From Sphaerochaetaceae bacterium (lineage in GTDB: Bacteria; Spirochaetota; Spirochaetia; Sphaerochaetales; Sphaerochaetaceae), in assembly GCA_052170175.1 (NCBI GenBank), contig JBQNBA010000001.1, positions 1 to 61,733 on the forward strand: a stretch of 61,733 nt of DNA, in the 5' to 3' direction. The notes under the pieces were generated by a model. The model saw only the letters and a list, made by a program, of their open reading frames with translations, made no database searches and was not told where the DNA came from. Of this stretch, positions 55,177-61,733 are shown piece by piece (within the stretch, counting starts at the first letter, position 1; each line of letters begins with the position of its first letter). Made by a program: the position numbers and the translations under genes.

Positions 55177-57060
55177 ATGAATATAAGAAAAGCTATGCTG
55201 GCGGCAGCCTGCCTTTTTGCCGTGCTTGCCCTTCCGCTTTCGGCCGCTGATTATGCCATCAGGGAGTTCAATGCCGACATCGTGGTGGGAAGGGATGCGG
55301 TGCTTGATATAGATGAGACGGTGAAGGCCGAGTTCTTCCGTCCGCTTCATGGTATATTCCGTGGGATTCCGATTGGATATTACAACGGCAAGAGGGCGAT
55401 TGTTTCTGATTTGAGCGCCTCCAGCCCGTTCGAGATATACGACAGCGGGAAAAACTATATCAGGCTCAGATTCGGCGAGGAGGCTGTGGTTCTGACCGGG
55501 CCGCAGGAGTATGCGCTGCATTACAGATATGATGTCGGCGCAGATACGAATGAGGGCTACGATGAGCTTTACTACAATCTTGTGGGAGAGGGCTGGCAGG
55601 AGACTCTTGAAAGCTGCACGTTCCGCATCAAGTTCCCGTCGGCGGTGGATTCCTCCAGCATATGGTTCACCAGAGGGAAGTACGGCTCTGTTTCCCAAGA
55701 GGGCGTGAGCTGGCATATGGAAGGGGCGGACACAATAGTCGCCCAGGTCGCCTCGATGCGTCCGGGGGAGGAGCTGACCGTCAGGGTGCAGCTTCCCGAT
55801 GGCTACTATGCCGGGGCCCGGGAGATTGTCAACAAGACGCCTCTGTTCTTTGCATTGACGGCGGCAAGCTGCCTTGTTGCATTGGGAATCGCCGTTATGC
55901 TCTGGATGAGATTCGGAAAGGATGCTGTTCCTGTGTTTTATGCGGAAAGCACGCCTCCGGAGGGGATGACGCCGATGCAGATGGGTTATCTGGCTGATGG
56001 CGTTGTCGATGGCAAGGATATAACCTCGATGCTCTTCTATTGGGCTGACAAGGGGCTGCTGAGGATTTCAAAGCAGGGTAAAAGAAAGGATAGCTTCGCC
56101 TTCACAAAGCTTAAGGATATCGGATCTGAGGCGTTGGAGATGGAGAGGTATCTCTTTGATTCATTCTTTGACTGCGGAAAGAAAGGCGCAGACGGGGTTG
56201 TGGTCACTGAAAAGAACCTTGCCGGCTTCGCCGAGAAGGCTGAGAAGACGAAGCTCAAGATTGCTTCGTACTATAAGGGGGAAAGGCGGCTTTATGACAC
56301 GAAAAGCAGCGTTGCTCAGGGGCTGAGCCTTCTGCTGGGCCTTATCCCGCTGTTCTTCTGCGCAATGACTTTCACCTGGGACTATCCCGGAGCCTTGACC
56401 ATCGTTCTGATGGGTGCTGGGTTTGTGTTCATGCTGGTTCAGTCCGGGCTTATGTCCCGGCTGTTCGGAAGGTGGTATGTGATTAAGATGGCAAGGGGGC
56501 TGGCCTTTGCTCTCGCCTGTCTGCCGACTGTTCTGATGCTGGCTCTTGTTTTCATTGTCAATGATGCCGCCCAGTCGCTTGCCTTGCAGATGGTCGGTTC
56601 GCTGCTCACCGTGCTGGGGCTTGGAGCGCTGGCTTTCTTCTGCTCCATAATGACCAGGAGAAGCCCATATGCCCAGAAGCTTCTTGAGCAGGTGCTTGGC
56701 TACAGGGAGTTCCTGGACAAGGTGGAGATGGACAAGCTCAAGATGATGATTGATGAAGACCCCGAGGTTTATTACCATAATCTTTCTTATGCAATAGTGC
56801 TTGGGCTTGATGACAAATGGGCTCGAAAGTTCAGCGGAATGACGATGAATCCGCCGGAATGGTATGCCGGCAATGATTTTGCACTGAACGCATTGTTTTA
56901 TAGCTCGCTTGCCCGAAGCTGGAATGACAGGTTCCAGGCGACGGCCATGCCCAGGAGCTCTTCAAGCCGTTCAACAGGCATGAGGTTCGGAGGCTCTTCG
57001 TTCGGAGGGAGCGGATTCTCCGGAGGCGGATTTGGAGGCGGCGGCGGAGGCGCTTGGTGA
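55177..57060 (+). CDS. DUF2207-domain membrane protein
   Basis: Signal peptide, an N-terminal beta-rich domain, several TM helices and a Gly-rich C-terminal tail (GGSGFSGGGFGGGGGGAW). It pairs with LemA in the usual arrangement. Confidence 0.7.
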   Translation: MNIRKAMLAAACLFAVLALPLSAADYAIREFNADIVVGRDAVLDIDETVKAEFFRPLHGIFRGIPIGYYNGKRAIVSDLSASSPFEIYDSGKNYIRLRFGEEAVVLTGPQEYALHYRYDVGADTNEGYDELYYNLVGEGWQETLESCTFRIKFPSAVDSSSIWFTRGKYGSVSQEGVSWHMEGADTIVAQVASMRPGEELTVRVQLPDGYYAGAREIVNKTPLFFALTAASCLVALGIAVMLWMRFGKDAVPVFYAESTPPEGMTPMQMGYLADGVVDGKDITSMLFYWADKGLLRISKQGKRKDSFAFTKLKDIGSEALEMERYLFDSFFDCGKKGADGVVVTEKNLAGFAEKAEKTKLKIASYYKGERRLYDTKSSVAQGLSLLLGLIPLFFCAMTFTWDYPGALTIVLMGAGFVFMLVQSGLMSRLFGRWYVIKMARGLAFALACLPTVLMLALVFIVNDAAQSLALQMVGSLLTVLGLGALAFFCSIMTRRSPYAQKLLEQVLGYREFLDKVEMDKLKMMIDEDPEVYYHNLSYAIVLGLDDKWARKFSGMTMNPPEWYAGNDFALNALFYSSLARSWNDRFQATAMPRSSSSRSTGMRFGGSSFGGSGFSGGGFGGGGGGAW

Positions 57061-57722
57061 TGGATGACAGAATAAAAGGTCTGATATTGTCGTTTGCGCT
57101 TATATGCGCAGTGCTTTTCTTTGGTTGGGTCATTGGAAAGGGAAAAGAAGGCTCAAAGGAGCTTTCCAGGAAATTCGTCCATATAGGCGTCTCCTTCTTT
57201 TATTTCATCTATGCCCGCTATCTGTTTGGAACAGGGCTTCTTGTTGAGCTCGCCATGCCTGTGCTTTTCGTATTCTCCAATCTGTACGTTTCGCTTACCG
57301 GGAAGCCCAAGGCGCTTTCCAAGGCGATGTCCGGGGGCAGCCGGTTCGGCACTGTCTATTATCCGATTGCCATGGTGATTCTGATTCTGCTGTCAAGGGT
57401 TGATGGATTGGATCTGGGCATAAAGGATATCGGAGCCGGAATGCTGGTGATGGGTGTCGGCGACGGATTTGCCGGTCTGACAGGGGTGTTCTTTGGGAAA
57501 AAGAAGATCGGCGTGCTGTTTGGGGACAAGACCTGGCTCGGCTCCTTGGTGATGCTGGCGGCATCCTTTGCCGTCATGATGCTGATTTACGGCAGTTCGG
57601 AATGGTGGCTGCGCGCCGCGGCGGCTTTATTCGCCGCAGTTGTGGAGGCTATGACGCCGAACGGGTTGGACAACCTGACGGTCCCGGTGCTTTCCGCCTT
57701 GTTCTGCATGCTTGTTATGTGA
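57060..57722 (+). CDS. CTP-dependent polyprenol/diacylglycerol kinase-family membrane protein (dolichol/phytol-kinase-like, COG0170)
   Basis: Polytopic protein with the SRKFVHIGV motif and a GDGFAGLTG block. Its ATG overlaps the DUF2207 stop (TGATG). Confidence 0.5.
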   Translation: MDDRIKGLILSFALICAVLFFGWVIGKGKEGSKELSRKFVHIGVSFFYFIYARYLFGTGLLVELAMPVLFVFSNLYVSLTGKPKALSKAMSGGSRFGTVYYPIAMVILILLSRVDGLDLGIKDIGAGMLVMGVGDGFAGLTGVFFGKKKIGVLFGDKTWLGSLVMLAASFAVMMLIYGSSEWWLRAAAALFAAVVEAMTPNGLDNLTVPVLSALFCMLVM

Positions 57723-57798
57723 TGTGTGCTTGTGCTGCTGATTTTGTGATGTGGGTTTTGTGACGCCGGATATGCGGTTATGACAAGGTGCGTTGTCG

Positions 57799-58626
57799 AT
57801 GGTTGAGTATCTGAACAAGTTGGTTTTCTCACTGGAATATCCTTTCAGCCTGCTTCTGGTCGTGGGCATCCTGTCTGTCATCTGCCTTGTCTCTTATCTT
57901 GCCCATGCCCTGACGTTGTCCGGCTGCCTTGCCGCATTTGCGGTTGGGTTCCCGTCCTTCTGGGGCTTGAGGTTCGAGGGCTTCTTTCTGCTGATGTTCT
58001 TCTTCATAAGCGCCGGCGTTCTGGGAAGGCTTTCCAAAAAGAGCAAGACGGAAGGCATAGAGAAGAAGACAGGCGCACGTGATTCGGCGCAGGTCTTTGC
58101 AAATGGCTTTCCTGCCGCCCTCGGGGCGCTGGGGTATCATTTGACCTCAAATGCTTTATTCCTTGGGGTGTTTGTGGCGTGTCTTGCCGAGGCCAATTCC
58201 GATACATGGGCGGGGGAGATAGGACGGCTGAGCCGCAGAGGCCCGGTGTCAATCCGCACGTTCAGGCCTGTGGAGAAGGGGATGAGCGGCGGAATCACCG
58301 CGCTTGGAATCCTGGGCGGGTTTCTGGGCGCTGCCTGCGAGGCGGCGCTGATGGGATTCCTGCTGCCCGTGAAGGGTGCGTGGGGGATTGCCTCCATGTC
58401 CTGCCTTGCGGGATTCGCCGGCTGTCTGCTGGATAGTTTCCTCGGCGCCACGGTGCAGGTGCAGTACTTCAACCCCAAGACGGGAATGCGCACAGAGAAC
58501 GAAGAGGACGAGCAGGGAAACAAGCTTGAGATAAGCCGCGGGATAAGATGGGTGGACAACGATATGGTGAATTTCATGTCGAACTTGTTTTCCATGGTTC
58601 TGGCAATGGCTTTGCTGTCGTTCTGA
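57799..58626 (+). CDS. DUF92 (TMEM19/VTE6-like, COG1836) integral membrane protein
   Basis: Polytopic protein with GARDSAQVFANG and the NSDTWAGEIG motif, as I remember for DUF92. Confidence 0.55.
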   Translation: MVEYLNKLVFSLEYPFSLLLVVGILSVICLVSYLAHALTLSGCLAAFAVGFPSFWGLRFEGFFLLMFFFISAGVLGRLSKKSKTEGIEKKTGARDSAQVFANGFPAALGALGYHLTSNALFLGVFVACLAEANSDTWAGEIGRLSRRGPVSIRTFRPVEKGMSGGITALGILGGFLGAACEAALMGFLLPVKGAWGIASMSCLAGFAGCLLDSFLGATVQVQYFNPKTGMRTENEEDEQGNKLEISRGIRWVDNDMVNFMSNLFSMVLAMALLSF

Positions 58627-58658
58627 TAAGAGACCCATCCCCGCAATGAGCCTATGCT

Positions 58659-58737
58659 GCATTTGCCGCTTCCGATAGTCCCGCAGGGCATTTGCACACA
58701 CGGCATTTGCCGCTTCCGATAGTCCCGCAGGGCATTT
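58659..58737. repeat. 2 x 35-bp direct repeat (gcatttgccgcttccgatagtcccgcagggcatttg) with a 9-bp spacer, upstream of alaS
   Basis: The copies are at 58659-58693 and 58703-58737 and are identical. Confidence 0.9.
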
Positions 58738-58780
58738 GTCGCCTTGACATGGAACAGGTTTGTCAATAGCATCATTAGTC

Positions 58781-60565
58781 ATGACTGCAAACGAATTAAG
58801 AAAAAGATACATTGAGTTCTTCGTGTCAAAAGGCCATGCGCACATAACCGGCGCATCTCTCATACCTGAAAACGATCCGACTGTGCTGTTCACCACGGCC
58901 GGCATGCATCCGCTTGTGCCTTACATATTGGGGCAGGAGCATCCGGCGGGCAATATGCTGACTGATTATCAGAAGTGCATCAGGACAGGGGATATAGACA
59001 GCGTTGGCGATTCGCACCATCTGACGTTCTTTGAGATGCTGGGCAACTGGTCGCTCGGCGCTTATTTCAAGAAAGAGGCCATACAATACAGCTATGAGTT
59101 CCTGACCACGGTTCTGGGCATAGACCCGGACGTTCTCAGCGTGACGGTGTTCGCCGGAGACGATGAAGTTCCGCGGGATGAGGAATCAGCCGCTGTATGG
59201 GAAAGCCTCGGGATACCGCGGGAGAGAATCTTCTTCATGCCGCGCGAGGACAACTGGTGGGGGCCGGCTGGCGAAACAGGCCCCTGCGGTCCGGACACCG
59301 AGATGTTCATAGACACCGGCAAGCCTAAGTGCGGCCCGGACTGCAAGCCAGGCTGCCATTGCGGCAAATACCTTGAAATCTGGAACGATGTTCTCATGCA
59401 GTACCAAAAGAACGCCGATGGAACATTCACCGAGATGGAACGCAAGTGCATCGATACGGGGATGGGGCTTGAGAGGACGGCATGCATTCTCCAGGGGCTC
59501 AAAAGCGTCTATGAAACAGAGCTTTTCACCCCAATCATCGAGGCGATAGAGAAGCTTTCGGGATATAAGTTCCATTCTGACGAGCAGAAGGACAGCTCCG
59601 TGCGGATAATAGCCGACCATGCAAAGGCAAGCGTTTTCATTCTGGGCGACCAGAGGGGGATTGCGCCCTCAAACGTAGGGCAGGGGTACATCCTGCGCCG
59701 CCTGATTCGCCGAGCCGTCCGCCATGCCCGCAAGCTGGGCATAGAGGGACAGTTCATGGGTTCCATAGCCGATGTTGTGCTTAAGATGTACAAGGATGTC
59801 TATCCGGAGCTTGAGGAGCACAGGGATTTCATAATGGACAACCTGGGCGCTGAGGAGAACAAGTTCAGCGAGGCTCTTTCCAAGGGCGAGAAGGAGTTCG
59901 AGAAGGTCATCGAGGGCATGATGAAGGGCAGCAGCCGCCAGATAAGCGGACGGGTTGCATTCAGGCTTTATGACACTTATGGCTTTCCCATCGAGCTTAC
60001 ACAGGAGCTTGCATCAGAAAGGGGCTTCGATGTCGACCTTGAGGGCTTCCATGCCGCTTTCCAGAAGCATCAGGAGATTTCAAGGGCGGGGGCGCAGGAG
60101 CAGTTCAAGGGCGGGCTTGCCGACCATGGCGAGCTTACCACGGCGCTGCACACCGCAACGCACCTTCTTCACAAAGCGCTCTGCGATGTTCTGGGCGGAT
60201 ACGTGAAGCAGCTTGGCTCAAACATCACCGCCGAGCGTCTGCGGTTTGACTTCAACCACGATAAGCCGATGACATCCGAGGAATTGAAGCAGGTCGAGGA
60301 CATTGTCAACGAGCAGATTCGCAAGGATTTGCCGGTCAGATGCGATGTCATGACCATTGCCGAAGCCCAGGAAAACGGAGCCTTTGCGCAGTTCAATGCA
60401 AAATACGGCGAGCAGGTCAAGGTTTATTCAATAGGCGATTTCTCCAAGGAAGTCTGCGGCGGACCCCACGTGACCCATACCGGCGACATGGGGCATTTCA
60501 GAATCGTTAAGGAGCAGTCCTCTTCGGCCGGAGTCAGACGAATCAAGGCGGTGCTTGAGAAGTAG
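58781..60565 (+). CDS. alaS: Alanine--tRNA ligase, short form without the C-Ala domain
   Basis: Class II catalytic blocks (FTTAGM, FFEMLGNWS, WNDVLMQY) and editing-domain motifs HTATHLLH and CGGPHV. The protein ends shortly after the editing domain. Confidence 0.9.
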   Translation: MTANELRKRYIEFFVSKGHAHITGASLIPENDPTVLFTTAGMHPLVPYILGQEHPAGNMLTDYQKCIRTGDIDSVGDSHHLTFFEMLGNWSLGAYFKKEAIQYSYEFLTTVLGIDPDVLSVTVFAGDDEVPRDEESAAVWESLGIPRERIFFMPREDNWWGPAGETGPCGPDTEMFIDTGKPKCGPDCKPGCHCGKYLEIWNDVLMQYQKNADGTFTEMERKCIDTGMGLERTACILQGLKSVYETELFTPIIEAIEKLSGYKFHSDEQKDSSVRIIADHAKASVFILGDQRGIAPSNVGQGYILRRLIRRAVRHARKLGIEGQFMGSIADVVLKMYKDVYPELEEHRDFIMDNLGAEENKFSEALSKGEKEFEKVIEGMMKGSSRQISGRVAFRLYDTYGFPIELTQELASERGFDVDLEGFHAAFQKHQEISRAGAQEQFKGGLADHGELTTALHTATHLLHKALCDVLGGYVKQLGSNITAERLRFDFNHDKPMTSEELKQVEDIVNEQIRKDLPVRCDVMTIAEAQENGAFAQFNAKYGEQVKVYSIGDFSKEVCGGPHVTHTGDMGHFRIVKEQSSSAGVRRIKAVLEK

Positions 60566-61039
60566 ATGAGAATCGCATTGGTTTCCTGCTGCCTGGAGAG
60601 GGGCAATCTGTCTTTTCCCCTTGGAGCCCTCTGCATAGAGGCGGCCATATCGCAGGATCCGGTGCTTTTCAGCAACCCCACAAGGCACTTTTCGTATTTG
60701 AACGACTCCGATGACCCCGCTTCCGCAGCTCGGGAGGTTCTGGCCTGGCATCCTGATGCCGTGGGTCTGTCTGTGTACTTATGGAATCGCAGATGGTTTG
60801 ACTCATTTGCCTCATGTCTTGCCGGTTCCGATTCGGGTCAAAGATTACCCGCAGATTCAGCGCATCCGTTGATATTCGCCGGCGGCCCTGAAGTCACAGC
60901 CAGGATGGGATGCGATGCCGATGAGCTGTATGAGATTCAGGATGATTTTGCCCGGCTCAGGAAGCCTTTCCGTTCCAAGCGGAATTATCAGCTTTTTCAG
61001 AACGACGACGGCTCGATAGCCTTTCTGGAGGTATCATGA
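60566..61039 (+). CDS. B12-binding-like domain protein resembling only the N-terminus of B12-binding radical SAM enzymes
   Basis: RIALVSCC...FPLGALCIEAA, PDAVGLSVYLWN and IFAGGPEVT mirror the N-terminal domain of B12-binding radical SAM proteins, but there is no CxxxCxxC core. The start abuts the alaS stop, and the stop overlaps the next ATG (ATGA). Confidence 0.4.
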   Translation: MRIALVSCCLERGNLSFPLGALCIEAAISQDPVLFSNPTRHFSYLNDSDDPASAAREVLAWHPDAVGLSVYLWNRRWFDSFASCLAGSDSGQRLPADSAHPLIFAGGPEVTARMGCDADELYEIQDDFARLRKPFRSKRNYQLFQNDDGSIAFLEVS

Positions 61040-61497
61040 CACGCATAGCTGTCAGCGCCTGTCTCGTGGGGGAGAAGTGCCGGTACGATGGCAAGTCAAA
61101 CCGCAGCGGGAATGTAATTGCCCTAGGCGATAAGGTCGAGCTTGTTCCGGTCTGCCCCGAAGTGGCAGGAGGGCTTTCTGTTCCCCGTCCATGCGCCGAG
61201 ATAAAAGACGGCAGGGTGGTCACCGATGATGGCATCGACGTGACGAGGCAATTTGAGGATGGCGCAGAGGACTGCCTCAGATGCCTTCAAGCCCAAGGCT
61301 GCAAGGCAGCGGTGCTCAAGGCACGAAGCCCCTCCTGCGGGGCGGGCGAGATTTACGATGGCAGCTTCTCTCATTCTGTCGTCAAGGGCAACGGCGTGTT
61401 TGCAGGGCTTCTGGAAAAGGCTGGAATAAGAGTGTTCACCGAGGAGCAGGTGGATGAATTGGAAGCGTATTTGAGCATCGGCAGCAACACTGTTTAG
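61036..61497 (+). CDS. DUF523 (TudS/YbbK-like, 4Fe-4S) family protein
   Basis: N-terminus IAVSACLVGEKCRYDGKSN and later SPSCG, which are the conserved Cys ligands of DUF523. Confidence 0.75.
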   Translation: MTRIAVSACLVGEKCRYDGKSNRSGNVIALGDKVELVPVCPEVAGGLSVPRPCAEIKDGRVVTDDGIDVTRQFEDGAEDCLRCLQAQGCKAAVLKARSPSCGAGEIYDGSFSHSVVKGNGVFAGLLEKAGIRVFTEEQVDELEAYLSIGSNTV

Positions 61498-61661
61498 CAC
61501 CAATAGCAACACTGTTTAGCACAGGATTAACACAATTTAGCACCAGCGGCAATTGATATCAGTAGCAACACTGTTTAGCACAGGATTAACACAATTTAGC
61601 ACCAGCGGCAATTGATATCAGTAACAACACTATTTAGCACGGGATGAACACTATTTAGCAC
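61481..61661 (+). repeat. Array of 7 TTTAGCAC-containing units, including a perfect 2 x 59-bp tandem repeat, seeded by the 3' end of the DUF523 gene
   Basis: TTTAGCAC occurs at 61493, 61515, 61536, 61574, 61595, 61633 and 61654. Unit 61504-61562 is identical to 61563-61621. The first motif contains the gene's TAG stop. Confidence 0.9.
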
Positions 61662-61671
61662 GAACGAGGCG

Positions 61672-61728
61672 AAAAAAAGGCTCTTCACGGATTTCTGTGG
61701 GATTGACATTCTCGAGACCGGCCATGGC
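61672..61728 (+). repeat. Dispersed intergenic repeat, copy d
   Basis: AAAAAAAGGCTCTTCACGGATTTCTGTGGGATTGACATTCTCGAGACCGGCCATGGC, close to the window end. Confidence 0.9.
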
Positions 61729-61733
61729 ACCCT

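Noticed and set aside
61481-61661. A possible CRISPR array, because of regularly repeated units near the window end.
   Set aside because: The material between repeats is itself repeated (a perfect 59-bp duplication), so there are no unique spacers. The units are 8-19 bp and derive from the adjacent gene's 3' end, and no cas genes are nearby.

Overview
61.7-kb chromosomal window. The backbone is about 50% GC and gene-dense. Its content points to a spirochaete-like anaerobe, but that is inference only: short ParE/ParC-type topoisomerase subunits, a roughly 594-aa AlaRS without a C-Ala domain, class II B12 ribonucleotide reductase, pyruvate:ferredoxin oxidoreductase and many sugar ABC systems.

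Housekeeping genes recognised from motifs:
- parE/parC, an RluA-family pseudouridine synthase, phosphohexomutase, gdhA, mgtE, nrdJ, nifJ, argG-argH, alaS.
- Two sugar ABC loci. One carries a NahK-like kinase. The other carries an AraC-type response regulator, a histidine kinase, a Zn-dehydrogenase and a D-lyxose/mannose isomerase.
- SlyX-LemA-DUF2207, and a polyprenol-kinase/DUF92 pair.

Three blocks that look AT-rich by eye appear to be accessory DNA:
1. 7.8-9.7 kb: an AbiEi/AbiEii type IV toxin-antitoxin (abortive infection) pair.
2. 38.2-45.2 kb: a decayed ISNCY-like IS followed by an uncharacterised RiPP-type operon. It has a promoter, an unannotated 41-aa Cys-rich peptide, a radical SAM/SPASM enzyme, two ABC exporters and a second SPASM enzyme. 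Both radical SAM genes are disrupted as sequenced; the exporters are intact.
3. 51.6-54.3 kb: a Dam-like methyltransferase plus a large restriction endonuclease, sitting next to a WYL-domain regulator.

The RiPP locus is the best candidate for an undescribed system.

Other notable signals:
- A G9/C9 homopolymer lies exactly at the junction of two overlapping ORFs and is a candidate phase-variation switch for a surface protein.
- A 65-nt promoter-like element is duplicated around that cassette.
- A roughly 55-bp dispersed intergenic repeat family is present.
- Short tandem duplications recur at gene ends. One is a chain of overlapping mini-ORFs linking parE to parC.

All calls rest on motif recognition by eye; no searches were run.
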